From contig OX597818.1 in NCBI GenBank assembly GCA_951406725.2, forward strand, positions 46,934,001 through 46,998,000: a stretch of DNA of 64,000 bases, written 5' to 3'. Origin of the DNA: Octopus vulgaris (Eukaryota). The position numbers and the translations under genes were made by a program. Positions 25,690 through 41,500 of this stretch are shown in pieces. The number at the start of each line of letters is the position of its first letter. Position 1 is the first letter of the stretch. Under the pieces are notes generated by a model. It made no database searches. It was not told where the DNA came from and worked only from the letters and a program-made list of their open reading frames with translations.

Positions 25690-26322
25690 CTGAAGTTTCA
25701 GCTACATTGCCTGTACCTTATCTAACACAGTTCAGGAGATTCTGGTGGTTTCTTCATAGTCTACCTATTTGTAAATTGGCTTTGAAAGATCTGTAATGTT
25801 TACAAGATGTGTATTCTTCGGCCAGTATAGAAGTCCACTGCCAACTCAACTCGAACTAAACTCCGTTTATTGAGTTCAAACGTAAAATCTGTGCTTTTGT
25901 ATGGCTCTGAAACTTGAAGAGCCACCTGCAGCAACTACAAGAAGATCCAGACCTTCAACAAATGTCTCCGGCAGATTCTCCATCTGAAGTGGTTCGACAG
26001 AGAGCCAAACACCAACCTGTGGGAAAGGGCCAACCAGGAGCCCATACATGTTCAGATTAGACGAAGGAAATGGAGATGGATCGGACACACACTGCGGAAA
26101 GAACCCTCAAATGTGACACGACAAGCACATGACTGGAACCCGCAGGGGAAAAGGAAGCAAGGACGCCCGAAGCAGACATGGAAGCGGAGCATTTTGGACG
26201 AGCTCAGGGCCACCGGCCTGACATGGGAAGCAGACAAGGAACACGCCAATGACTGCAAAAAGTGGAAAACAACTATTGAGGCCCTATGCTCCACAAGGGG
26301 AACAAAGGATTAAGAAGAATAA
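25690..26322 (+). mobile_element. RTE-clade LINE 3' fragment
   Basis: SSNVKSVLLYGSET, IRRRKWRWIGHTLRK and WNPQGKRKQGRPKQTWKR. TAAGAAGAA tail. Confidence 0.88.
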
Positions 26323-27249
26323 TTTCACGTGACATAAAGGATTTGTGTGTAACCTTACCTATAGCAAGTTTGGCATGGAAATACAGATGGAAAATTTTCC
26401 AGATTGTAAGATGACATAGGGCTCTCAGTGCCGCTGAAGAAAATCAGTTGTGTGATTTTTGAGGCGTCCGTCTTTACGTCCTGAGTTCAAATGACGCCAA
26501 GGTCGACTTTGCCTTTCATCCTTTTGATGATAAAATAATTACTAGCTGAACACTGGGGTCGATTATATCGACTTATCTCTTCCATCCGAAATTGCTAGCC
26601 TCGTACCACAATTCGAAATCACCACCATCATCATCATCATCAACATCATTATCATCCTCATCGTTATCGTCATCGTCATAGTTGTCATTATTGTTATTGT
26701 TATCATTGTTATTGCTATTGACTTTTTGTAATTGAGCTCTGAGGTTTTTTCAATTCTCATAATATTTTGGTCAAAATCGGAACACTACAGTGTGGTGAGA
26801 GCGAGAAGAGGTAGACGAAAAATGGATAACGGTATCTGAATCTCTCGACCGAATAGTTTTAAGGATCCAAGGATATATACAGCAGACCATGTTAACTTTA
26901 TTGCCGATAAGGGAATTTTAGATAATTTTAGAAAACAGTTGCACCTTAGACTCTTATATTATTTGATATTATGGTGGGGTTTCTTCCGAAGGTAGAGCAT
27001 ACGATTTTCTAAGTGCTTCTTCTTTTCCAAAGTGAAATTTTACTTGGTTTTGCAGCATATTGTTTTTCATTTTGTTTGTTTTGTCGCCTGTTCACTCACA
27101 GCAAATACATCAGATTGGAGCTCTAGTTGGACAGCTACGCCGTTGATGACTTTCTGAAACTTAGAGTCATCTGCAGGCTTCTTTGTTTTGATACGAACCT
27201 ATTATCTCCATACAGACACGCAAAAATTTTAAAGAGCTATCCGTTTCAT

Positions 27250-28890
<1,641 letters not shown>

Positions 28891-29138
28891 AGGCATATAT
28901 GCCTTATTAGTGACAACTGATGCTGATATGTTTACGTCCCTGTAAGCTAGCGGTTCGGCAAAAGGTACCAATAGAATAAGTACTAGGCTTGCAAAAAATA
29001 AGTCTTGGGGTCGATTTGCTCGACTAAAGGCAGTGCTCCTGTATAGCCTCAGTCAAATTACTGAAAAAAGCAAAAGAGTAAAAGTGAATATGTATCCATC
29101 CATCCATACATACATACATACATACATACATACATACA

Positions 29139-29170
<32 letters not shown>

Positions 29171-30441
29171 AAAGTGTTATATTTTCTTTGAGTCAACGCA
29201 ATATGTGAAATTTAGATGTTCGCAAAAATCTTTGAGCAATGCCGGTGAGGATTTAAGCAAAATATGTAATATAATGTCAATGAATGAAAACAAAGATAAA
29301 CGATATTCTTTACTTTACATAGGTTGTTTAGTGATCCAATAATATTTCGGGTAAAAATTCCCCTTTTCAGCTAAAAGAAAGAAAATAATCAAAGGCTTCG
29401 GGAAAATGTGTTGCTATCAGCATGCGAAAGGCAGACTGTAATCTAGCATGCTTAAAACATACACATCCTAAGAAATTTACAGTTTTTATTGCACTCGATA
29501 ACTTCTTACTTTATTCTTTAGGAACGCTAAACATTCCTTTATCATGATGATAGAAATAAATAACAGCCATAAATATTTTTTCTGTAAGAATAACTAAAAT
29601 ACTGGTGAACTACGGTAAGTTAGCCAAAATAATTTTTCTCTTCATTTCAGCATTTACAAACTGGTCTGGACATATATCGTAAGAGAGTATGGTCTAGCAA
29701 AGATAAAATGAATCAGCAATGAAATTTCGTTGGAAATGTTCGTGAAAATATTTCGCAATTAATGGACCGCTAATTAGTCGAAAAGTAGAAGAGTTTGAAA
29801 AAGAAATGGATAAAGAAACTTTCACACCATAACGGTGATGGGTAGGCGGTCTGCGAGAGAATATTATGTACAGCACATTCATAGCGAGGATTACAATGGC
29901 AGATCTTTTTGTTTTCTTATCAGTTGAACTGTTGAAGTGTGAAATAAAATAGAACGATGAAAAAATTATTACTGAATATTCTCCTGGGAATATTTGGAAC
30001 GCAAGTGAAACAGGGCTTTATTTTCTATGCAATACTCAAACGTGTTGTGACCCTCTTCGGTCATGAATGACCATGGGATTGCACCCAGAAAGTTACCCTC
30101 CCAGGCACAAGTCTGGGTAAAGTTGTTTATGGAAGACCAGCAGTCGCCCATGCAAACCAGCCTCCCCTCTCCACGCCACCGATGTTATCCAAGGGAAAGT
30201 CAAAGGCCGATACAGCTTGGCACCAGTGACGTCGCAGCTCATTTATTAACGTGCAAGTGGCAGAGCACTCCACAGACATGTGTACCCTTAACGTAGTTCT
30301 CAGAGAGACTCAGCCTCGCGAGTGGATTTGGTAGACGAAACTGAAAGAAGCTCGTCGTATGTATGTATGTATGTATGTATGTATGTATGTATGTATGTAT
30401 GTATGTATGTATGTATGTATGTATGTATGTATGTATCTATG

Positions 30442-30494
<53 letters not shown>

Positions 30495-30959
30495 CTGTGT
30501 CTGTGTTTGTCCCCCAACATCGCTTGACAACTGAAGCTGGTGTGTTTACGTCCCCGTAACTTAGCAGTTCGGCAAAAGAGACCGATAGAATAAGTACTAG
30601 GCTTACGAAGAATAAGTCCTGGGGTCGATGTGCTCCACTAAAGGCGGTGCTCCAGCATGGCCACAGTCAGTGGGACTGAACCCGGAACCATGTAGTTCGT
30701 AACCAAGCTACTTATCACACAGCCACGTGCTTGGGGCCTCTATGAGTCTTAATCCGGCCCTGCATTAATTGCATTTTGTTTGTATTAGTTCGTCAAGAAG
30801 TTGCTCATACATAGTCTTATTACTTTTAATCAACATTATGAACTAAAACGATGTATTTTTACATCGTCTAACATCTGCGTACTAAATGGAAGAACTTCTG
30901 AAATTTCTTCTAATTTAGTCTACATTATTAACAGCTTTACATATTTCCAACACCGTTAT

Positions 30960-31580
30960 GGTGCTATGCCTTTTCGTCCGACGTCTTTTTGTCCGATGAA
31001 TTTTATGTCCAACGACAAATCCTATTAATAAAATTCTCAATGATTATTTGATTTTGATGTTCACCTTGTTTTCTAAAGAATTTATTTAAAACCAGCAGTA
31101 TAGCCCGGCGTTGCTCGGGCTTGTTTTCTTTACGACCCTTTAGAATTGGAATTTTTGAAACGTAAAATTTTTGTAGCTTGTTAATTTCTTTAAGTGAACA
31201 TTTTTCAGGTCGAAATACACCATAAAATGGCGACACAGCAGTCAAAAAATCGTTAAAAAATAGGGATTTTCATAGAAAAAAAGCACCTTTTTGATGTAAA
31301 TAATTTTTGGTGTTAACATGGTCCAATTTGAATTTTTTCTTCTACAGAAGGAAGAGCAAGCTTTCTTCTTTCATACTCTCAATTTTGGTCAACTTGCGCC
31401 GCAGGGTCTCGGAGGAGATAGTGTTAGTTGAAGGCTACCAAACCTGCCATACACAAACAACTTCAGCTTTATATATATATAGATTGGACAAAAAGTCATT
31501 GAACAAAAAAATTATCGGACAAAAAGACGTGGACGAAGTGATGCTAATCAAAGTGATATCAGACGAGAAGACGGGTCACG
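30960..31580. mobile_element. Mutator-like non-autonomous element with a nested Helitron-like insertion
   Basis: 9-bp direct repeat CACCGTTAT at 30951 and 31581. Inverted subterminal TTTGTCC / GGACAAA arrays. Confidence 0.6.
31090..31484 (+). mobile_element. Non-autonomous Helitron/Helentron-like element
   Basis: Begins ACCAGCAGTATAG-CCCGGCGTTGCTCGGG (terminal hairpin) and ends CAGCTTTATATATATATAGAT. A similar 3' end lies at about 41890-41991. Confidence 0.6.
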
Positions 31581-32055
31581 CACCGTTATAGTACCTTTCA
31601 CTTTAATTCGTTGTCAGTAGCTACCTATTTTTGTAAATTATTTTTAATATTATTGATTAGGTTTTTTATGAAGAATTTCACGTGTAAATAAGCTCTTTGT
31701 TATCAGCAATTCTTGTGCTTGTTTTAAGAAAATCTATTTAGTTTTTTAAACAATTTCTCTTTCATATTAAGATTATAGATATTGATTTTAAGGGTCATTT
31801 GACGACTTAATGGCATGATTGCATTAACGACGCCGTTGTTTGAAGGAAAGAAAATTGCTTGGATGCTGTTTGCTTTTTTTTTTTTCCTTAATGAAATATT
31901 TTTGTGCGCCGTACAATTAATTGTTAACTAACGAGACAATATTTCGTTTAATCCCAGTAAAGTAACCGGTTGTTAAAAATAACTGTACTTATCCGTGGTG
32001 TTGCATTAGAGTAGTAATGAACAGGTTTTGTGTGTGCATGGGCGCGCGCGCATGT

Positions 32056-32137
<82 letters not shown>

Positions 32138-32572
32138 GAACACTGAAAAATTTACTCTTTTATTTGTTTCGGTCATAGGACTGCAGCCATACTGGAGCAC
32201 AGCCTTGAACAGTTTTTGTCGGTTGTATCGACCCTCAAGACCTATTTTTGCATCTGATACTTATCGATTCCTAATGGTTGATCGTTACAGGACAGAGCCT
32301 CGTTTTTTTCAAATGATTTCAACGTAAAAACGATACGGAGACAGTCGCGTGTAAACACATACATACACGCATACATACATTCATGCATACACACACATGC
32401 ATACAGACCTGCATGCATACATACATACATACATACATACATACATACATACATACATACATTCATTCATACATACATACATACATACATACATACATAC
32501 ATACATACATACATACATACATACATACATACATACATGCATGCATGCATACATACATACATACATACATAC

Positions 32573-33400
32573 GGATTATTACCTTTTATCATGGACCAAT
32601 AGCCGGATTACTGCCTCCCACTTTGAAGGGTATACGTTTGCAATCCAGGAACAGGAAATATCAACTAAGTACCTGATGCGCAAAAGGGATAGAGATGCAG
32701 GTAAAACCACAAAGTGGGACAACCGATGCAGACTTTGTAAAGTTCATACTGAAGATATCGCCCACATCATAAACAGTTATCCGAAAAGGTCATCACGGTA
32801 TTACCTACCAATGAGACATGACGTTGGAGCTAGGACACTCTATAATGAAATCCGTCTGAAGGATAAACCCAAGGACAAAAAATAAAAGCCCACAATATGG
32901 TAGAAACCATAGCCACTCATAACGATAAGGAATACTGGTGGAACATACCAGTGAAGACCTCAATAAAATGTAAGCACAACAGACCTGATATGATGATTTG
33001 GGATAGAGAAGAGAAACTGTGCACAGTTGTGGAAATTAACTGCCCAGCGAATGTTAACATAAAGCTGAAGTTCAGTGAAAAAGAGAACACCTATGCTTAA
33101 CTATTGAGAAATCTGCAGTTAATCTATCCAGATTACAAGTTCAGGGTTATACCTGTAATTATTGGGGCCCCTGAGATATGTAACACACTGCCTAAATACC
33201 AATCTTGAGAAATTAGGCTTTTCATTATTAGAAAGAAAAAAGCTAATTCGAAGACTAGAGATCCAATCCATCACTGGAACTGTAAAATCTGTAAAACTTC
33301 CCAGAAGTTTATCATTTAAATATATATGAGCATGGCTAGATATGCAACTATATGCACGAGAATACATACATAAAGCATACAACTCTGCATATACATACAT
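32573..33400 (+). mobile_element. 5'-truncated R4/Dong-like non-LTR retrotransposon (CCHC knuckle and RLE endonuclease)
   Basis: FAIQEQEISTKY, CRLCKVHTEDIAHIINSYP, RHD, WWNIPVKT..HNRPDMMIWD..VEINCP..EKENTY, IPVIIG. Few disruptions. Clade assignment is from recalled motifs. Confidence 0.82.
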
Positions 33401-34686
33401 GGAGCTGCATGTGGTATTCGTGCCCTCGGAAAAGAGTAATGCAGGTGTTCTAACCAGAGTGAAAAGGTATTGGTTGGAAACAGTAGAGGATGTTCTGAGT
33501 GGGTTCGTAACGGTTTGTCGGCTGTAGAGCCCAGAACTAAGGAGGCTACACAACATGCACTGCATGGCGGCCGACAGGACGTTGTTTTTTGCTAGGACGG
33601 CCGGCCCCGATGTCACCAGAGAGAGCATTCGGAGGATCGTGGGGAATTGTAACAGGGGCCAATCGATCCATCCTGCCCCGAGCACACATGAATCGGGAGA
33701 GATTCAGGTAGTGGAAGACTGTAAGAGGCTAACCATTGACGTGACGCACTATCGAGGAAAGGTGTATCTTTCAATGGTCAACTGTGGACTGGGGCGAATG
33801 GCTGTATGGAGAGAAATCAGGGTGGAGACTCCTGCCGAAGGTGCAGAAGTGCTGAATGCGGTGTTCTTAGAAAGGAGGCCAGTAGACGAGCTATTGATGA
33901 ATAACAGCTCTCAGAGCAGTTGAGATAGATGCTCGGAAGATGGAGCACAATACGCTTCTTCAGAGCTGCTTACAGGCCAGATGGAAACGGGATTATAGAA
34001 CGGCATCACCGTACGATTAAAGCCATGGCTGAGAGGGGATGAGTCTCTCCTATGGAGGCAGTCTTCTGGTACAACATGCCGCACAGGTAGGGCAAGCCGA
34101 AAAGTCAGTCCCGCACAGGGCCATATTCAGGTACAAATGGAGAGACCCGAGCGTGGTGCCTCAACAGCTAGAAGTAGAAGGGATTACATCTGTGCAGGTT
34201 GGAGATGAAGTGTGGGTGAAGCCCCCGAGCGCTCGGTGTACAACGCAGTGGGTGAAAGGAAAGGTGACCGCGATCAGTACTTTGAATAATGTATCAGTGG
34301 ATGGAATGTCGCGTCACGTCCTGGATGTTCGAAGGGTGATTATCTCTTTTGATGACGAAGGGGAAGGTGAAGGTGGCCCCGTGACCCTACGGAAATCTCT
34401 AAGGGAATGTGGATAGACGATTACGAAATAGAACAGGGAGCAGTGATCTTTGGATCAAGGGAGGTGTGGTGGAAGGAAGACCAGAAGGGGGAGAGATGCC
34501 GTCACATAACGAATGAAAAGAAAAATTACCCTCTTTTTCATGCTATCTGCGACAGAGGCGAGACGTGTTGATAGAGAGGTCGTGCCAACACGTGTTGAGA
34601 ACTGAACAATCTGCCGGTAGTACCCGATTGCAAATCGTGGTAAAAACAACTTTATTTACGTGCCTTCAAACTACAGGTCCCCGACA
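33401..34686 (+). mobile_element. Gypsy-like LTR retrotransposon remnant: RNase H end, integrase, PPT and 3' LTR (34465-34686)
   Basis: FVPSEKSNAGVLTRV, decayed HHCC region, RLTIDVTHY and YRPDGNGIIERHHRTIK. Polypurine AAGGGAGG is followed by a TGT...ACA segment. Confidence 0.82.
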
Positions 34687-34745
34687 TGATTAAATGATTG
34701 CCTAATCAAAAGCTTATTGTCAATAATTTCATTAAAAAAAAAATC

Positions 34746-35163
34746 GGATCTTTTCGGTTTGAACGGCAGTTTTTTCTAGCGGTGTCATATGAAATTGTCA
34801 CCCAAAATTATGACCCTAGTATCGATCTGTTGCATTTCAATCTCTTTTAGGGTTAGGGTTAGGGGTGGGGGGAAGGGTAACTTTTTTCTTCACAAATGTA
34901 AATAAACCCAATCTGTTTCTTAAACGGGGGACATATTCATACGACACAGAATGTTTTTTTACCTCAATAGACGTCATTGATTGGTTGAAATTTCAGAAAT
35001 TGAAGAAAAAAACAACAAATATCTTGCAAACTCTAGAATTTTCTCAATAAAGCCAAGAGAAAAAGATGTTTTATAAACACATTCTACCAGTATACGAAGT
35101 TTAAAAGTGTTTAGTTACGTGGAAATTATTTTTAAAAAACTGCCGTTCAAACAGAAAAGATCC
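34746..35163. mobile_element. Merlin-like MITE with internal (TTAGGG)3
   Basis: 30-bp TIRs GGATCTTTTCGGTTTGAACGGCAGTTTTTT / AAAAAACTGCCGTTCAAACAGAAAAGATCC (one mismatch), 8-bp TSD AAAAAATC, GG..CC termini. A related 3' half lies at 43255-43480. Confidence 0.8.
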
Positions 35164-36799
35164 AAAAAATCTTCAAATGATGATGGAAAACGGTATCTAG
35201 TTCTATAACTCCTATGATAATAGAAATAGAAAGATAAGTAGCTAACGTTATAAAGATCACTGGTGTCGCAGTTTCCTTTTAAAATATCACGAAAAGAGAA
35301 AGAACAGCACACTTGACATTAGAATTTTTGACAAAAACCAAAGCTGAGCAAATGTAATATTTTCTTCAAATAAATGCTTCTGGAATCTTAAACAGTTTTC
35401 TTCGAAATACCAATAAACATTTTATTTCTTTCGTACAATCTCAAATCATTCTGGATGGAATATGGCCCGAAATCACATGAGAAATCAGTACTACACGAAT
35501 AAAACTACTAACCAAGAAATAAGTGACAAACCAATAAACAATGCTAGCTAAATAGCACACATGTGGGGGAAAGGGAGCGCGAATAGACAACAGACTAGTA
35601 ATTGGCACTCCGTCGGTTACGACGACGAGGGTAGTTGGTCCGAGCCTGCTTGTGGCTATTCTGTTGCAAGTGGCTGAGCAGTCCACAAACACGCGTACTC
35701 TTAACGTAGTTCTGAGGGAGATTCAGTGTGACATAAAGTGTGACAAGGCTGACCCTTTGAATTACAGGTACAACTCATTTTTGCCAGTTGAATGGACTGG
35801 AACAATGTGAAATAAAGTGTCTTGTTCAAGAACACAACGCGCTGCCACTAAACCACGCGCCTTCGCACGACAGACTAACAGTGAGAGACCGACTTTTGAA
35901 CTGACTAATCAGAAACGACTTTAGAAAACCAGGTAGAGGATCTGAAAATGGCATACGGATCAACAAGAAGGTAACCGACGAAAAAACAAAACTCCAACGA
36001 ATATATTAAATGCACATTCAGCGAAGCAGCAACAAATAGAAAATACCTAAGAATTTGACATAATGACAGGCAGAACAACGAAAATACAAAATAACAACCG
36101 AATATACAAAAATCAACATTTGTGAATCAGGACCCAAAGCAATTTATGAAAGAGACAACGTTAACAAAACACTTTTTTACTCTCTCTTTTACTCTTTTAC
36201 TTGTTTCAGCCATTTGACTGTGGCCATGTTGGAGCACCGCCTTTAGTGGAGCAAATCCACCCCAGGACTTATTCTTTGTAAGCCTAGTACCTATTCTATC
36301 GATCTCTTTTGCCGAACCACTAAGTTACGGGGATGTAAACACACCAGCATCGGTTGTCAAGCGATGTTGGGGAGACAAACACAGACACACAAACATATAC
36401 ACACACATACATACGAGGCTATAGTAGAAGACACTTGCCCAAGGTGCCATGCAGTGGGAATGAACCCGGAACCATGTGGTTGGTAAGCAAGCTACTTACC
36501 ACACAGCCACTCCTGCACCTATATAAATTATGTAATCAACAGGCAGTTATATGATGCCTACTGAACCAACTAATAGATGAGTTATAAACAAAGAAATTCT
36601 CTTAAAGCAAGTCATAAATCAGTAAAACAGGATACAAATACGCAAGGGAAAACACACAATGGAAAACGATGAACGGATAAGCAATTCAAAGAAAACGAAA
36701 GCAGGATCTGAAATACGATATGCAGAAAACCGACCAATGAAGAAATAACACATCCAAATAACTGCCAAATTGATCTATGTTAACTGTAAATAATGTCTT

Positions 36800-37860
36800 C
36801 AAATGTAGAACTTGAAATAAGATCTGTAATGACGACTTCAGAGATAACCAACAGAGCAGGCCCGTCTTGTGAAACACATATTAAGTAACTTTATTGATAC
36901 ACTCCTAAAACCTATTCTTAAATCCCTACCGAGCTTCATAAGAGATTACTTAGACATTCTAAATTATTTTCCGAATAAAACTAACACAGATATTCTATTT
37001 ATCTCACTTGAGGTAGCAAATTTCTATACCATGATTCTACAAGAATACAGAATAGAAGCTATAAAATTCCGGCTGAACAATTTTCTAAAGGGCTATCTGA
37101 ACGAATTAAAGAACTATTAAAGTTCATCCTACGAAATAATTTTTTCAATTTCAACATCTACAGACAGATATCTGGGATTCTTGTGGGCACAAAAGTAACC
37201 CCCACGTATGGTAATCTCATTAGGGCATACTCAGAAGACCAAATATACGAACACTTTGGCTTAAAGCTCAACGATAACTTACATAAATAACCATCTATCA
37301 ACTGGAAATGCTACCTTGATTATTGTTTTATCTTGTATACACAGAGTAATGATCCACTCTATGATTTTAAATCTCTAATTAGTATCCAAATCAGAAAGGA
37401 ATATAGTCAAAAACAACCATCCGTTTGGGATAACTTAAAAAGAGATACGAACGTTGAAGCTTACATCTACATCAAACAAAGATGCTCAAAATAATATCTT
37501 ATTTCTTCCAGCCATTCAAAACATACGAAAATAAATATACTTTTCAACCAAGCAAGAAAAATTTGCTCAATTGTATCCAATCTTGAAGACACAATTTACA
37601 GAACTTGCAAATATATTACTCGAAAGACAATACCGAATCACCTTGATCAATAAAACGTGTAAAACGATAAACACCCAAGAATTAGGAAAAGCAAGAAACA
37701 CGCCTGATATACCCGATACTCTATCTTCTATACCAACATACAATCCAATCCAAGAAATACAGAATAAAACATCATTCATCAGAATATTCCATTTTGATGA
37801 ACGACCCACGAATGAAAAAGACACTCGAAAATAAGAAAAAAAAGACAGTCTTTAAAAAGA
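36800..37860 (+). mobile_element. Penelope-like (probably Neptune-type) reverse transcriptase fossil
   Basis: LSNFIDTLLKPILKSLPSFIRDYLDIL, FILRNNFFNF, RQISGILVGTKVTPTYGNL, WKCYLDYCF (decayed YxDD) and SSHSKHTKINILFNQARKIC. Confidence 0.8.
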
Positions 37861-38108
37861 AATACTAGTACTCTCTCGCTCTCTCTTTACTCTTTTACTT
37901 ATTTCAGTCATTTGACTGTGGCCATGCTGGAGCACCGCCTTTAGTCGTTCGAGCAAATCGACCCCAGGACTTATTCTTTGTAAGCCTAGTACTTATTCTA
38001 TCGGTCTCTTTTGTCGAACCGCTAAGTTACGGAGACGTAAACACACCAGCATCGGTTGTCAAGCGATGTTGGGGGAACAAACACATACACACGCACACTC
38101 ACACACAC

Positions 38109-38188
<80 letters not shown>

Positions 38189-40049
38189 GTGAACATGGTG
38201 TCATAGAAAGCCGTTTTCGTGCGATGGATGCACAAGCCATAGTATTGGGAATAATGAAGGTCGTGGAATCACTAAATATGCACTTGCCATGCATTTTTAA
38301 ATGATTAAATGTTTTTAAATGTTCCTAATATTGTGGTTCGAGTGCTCATCTGGAGGGCGATATTTTGTAGTGATATAGTATACCCATTGATCATTTTGAA
38401 GGTTTGTAGGAAGCGGTGCGGTGAATTGACACCATCCATCGTTTGTTATTAATTCATTTATTTATGATTCACTTCTCTCGGAATCTGCTCTCGCGTGTGC
38501 CGAAGTATATTATGAACCGTATATTTAATACAGTGTGCGTTTCTGGATTAGTCCAAGGATTAGTAATATACTCAGCTGAAGTAACGACATTCCTCTGGAA
38601 TACGATAGCCTGACTTCAAATCTCTATATAATTACACTTTTCTGCACTATTTGCTGATGTCACCCAAGGAGTGACCCAGTAGATTGTCTTTGGTTAAAAC
38701 CGGATTCTAGGGGAACAAAAAGTAAAATAAATGATGTTATTAAAGATTCAACTGACCATGACTTAAGAAAAAACAAGAGACGTCTAAAGGGAATCATCCA
38801 AATGGATATTTGATATACAAATGACGTTCACAAATAATCAACGAATAGAAAAACTGCCATTGGACAATAACTAGTGACCCGAACAGACGATAAACAAATG
38901 ACGTCGCCAAACTAGAACGCTAGAACAGACGCGGACAAAAACAAGAGACGTCATTAAGTAACCAATCATCACTTGAACTGATATCTTAAAACCTATGTAT
39001 AGACAGAGCAATATCTGCTTGAAAATAGTTAAAATTCCGCATTTGATCATCGAATCATGTCAACGACTCACAACTCTCCCTCACACATGGCAGAGCTTGT
39101 AAAAAGTGTTTTTCTTATACTTTAAAATTTCCATCGTGTCTAATTGCGAATATAATTTATTGCTATGAAACTTATTGAGCACTTGAATCTTACCACAACG
39201 TCTAACTGGAGTTATAACAATTCAGTTACTCAAGGAAATCGTTTTCTTTTATTTCATTTTATTTCATTTTTCTTTCTACGTGGAACCTTTGACCAAATTA
39301 TCCAGTGTATCATTTTCTAAGATAGTAGATTGTACTTTGAGAAAGGCGGCGAGGTGGCAGAAACGTTAGCACGCCGGGCGAAGTGCGAAGACGTATTTCG
39401 TCTGCCGTTACGTTCTGAGTTCAAATTCCGCCGAGGTCGACTTTGCCTTTCATCCTTTCGCAGTGCTCGATTGTATCAGTCTATCTTCGACTTTTTCTCA
39501 ATGTACATGATATAATAAAAAGAAACAAAGAAAGCTATTTTGAAATAGGATTTAATCTGGAATGCCACTCATTTCTCTAAGTGTATTTGGGAACTGAAGG
39601 ACAGCAGCATTCATAACTTCAAAATCAATTAGTCAGTCGTTGAAACTGCGTTCTTATACATCAATAGATTCAACGAGACAATTCTTTTAAAATTCGTTTT
39701 ATATGTCATGATGGTACATAAGCTATATACAAATAGGAGTGCACAATCTTTATGTATCCATATGTATACAGATTTAAAATTGTATGTACGAGTGTTTTTT
39801 AAGTATTTGGGTATGTGTGTGCATACGTTAAATAATTTGTATATGCTTAAATATAGGCAACTGTGTGTGATCATGCAGATACATATTCCAGCAATTAACA
39901 ATCGTAATTTGAAGTTGAATGGTTAGCTGTAAGAAAGATGTCAAGATTTCTTTTAAAATTATTGTGCAAAATATTCTGAGAAAAAGTAGTATTTTCACCA
40001 CAACAAAACACACACGAACATACACACACACGCGCGCGCGCGCGTCTCT

Positions 40050-41460
40050 GTGTGTTGTGGTGAGAGTCATTGACACCCCTGAGGGATTGGAAGAATGGAC
40101 TAGCCGAACACTAGAAGGACAGTTTTATCATAAAAATGAAAAGAGTAGTGAAATCAAAAGAAACAAAAAAAAATAATAAGTGTGGTTGGTCGTAACACAG
40201 TTTCAAAATTGTATTCGATATGTAATAATGTGCTTATGTATGCACAGTGGGTCGTAATGCCTACCTCACTACAAGGTCGAATGTTAAATGAATTCCATAC
40301 TGGACATCCAGGAATTTCTAGAATGAAGTCGAAATCACTACCTATAAAATTTTAACTTTGGCCCAAAACTGATATTCCATGGTCCAGACTACACATAGAC
40401 TCCACGGGACAGTGAAACTGATCAAATTATCTTATAGTGGTAGATAGCTTTACGAAATGGCCAGAAATGTGTAAATTTAGAAAACCGACATCCACGGTAA
40501 CAGCCGAATTTCTAGGTATGGTGTCCTGGATACCATAGTCTCCGATAACGGTACACAATTCACGGGGAATGAATATAAGAATTTTTGCAAAATGTACTCA
40601 ATTGAACATATCACTATTCCATATCACCCAAGATGAAACGGACAAACGGAAAGGTTCGTGGATACATTTAAAAGAGCATTAAAGAAATCAAGAAACGAGC
40701 TAGTCGATCACGCAGCATTGACACAATTCTTGAGGGTTTATAGGATAACACTAAACGCAAACACTTTTTAAGGTAAGTCGCTGGTGGAACTAATGTTTGC
40801 TCGAAAAATAAAGTCAATTTTCGACAAGATGTTACCAGTAAGGAAAACAAATAGGGAAAACACTAAATGTACGACAAGGTATATTATTAATATCAGTGAC
40901 AAGGTGTTTTTCAAAATATATAAAAATAGAAGACAAGGTTGGGAAGACGGAGTAGTATCAAAAAGAATGCGTAAAAAAGAGAGGCGAAAAATGGGAACAC
41001 AAAAGACATTTAAACCAATTAAAAAATAGACATACAGAAAAAAATGAAAAGAGATACCCATGGAAATGTTCTATGACACCTTTGATGTTCCAACGCCACG
41101 AGAAATCTAACCTAGGCTTAGCAGCACAAGAAAGAGGAAACAAACAAAACGGGTGGAAGTAGCGACTAAACGGAAGAAATATTAAACTTCTCTAGGAGGA
41201 AAATCTCAAAAAGGGAGATGTGATAAAAGAAAAAAGATAAATAGAAATAATAATATTAACTTCCAACAGAAGTCAATCTCAAATATGGAAATGTTGTGGC
41301 GAGTGTCATTAACAGCCCTGGGTGATTGGAAGAATAGACTAGCCAAACGCTTATAAAGAGTAGAATATTGGTTGAGACAGAGGTCGGTAGGAGTCGTTGA
41401 GAAGGCGTTTTGGAGTCTCGTGAATTACGTTGTATGAACACATTGATATTATCTTCATTT
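40050..41460 (+). mobile_element. Gypsy-like integrase remnant with PPT and LTR pieces
   Basis: LNEFHTGHPGISRMKS, IPWSRLHID, YLIVVDSFTKWPE, VSDNGTQFTG and NGQTERFVDTFKRAL. AAAAGGGAGA|TGT at about 41219. The segment 40053-40120 resembles 41292-41360. Confidence 0.82.
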
Positions 41461-41461
41461 A

Positions 41462-41500
<39 letters not shown>

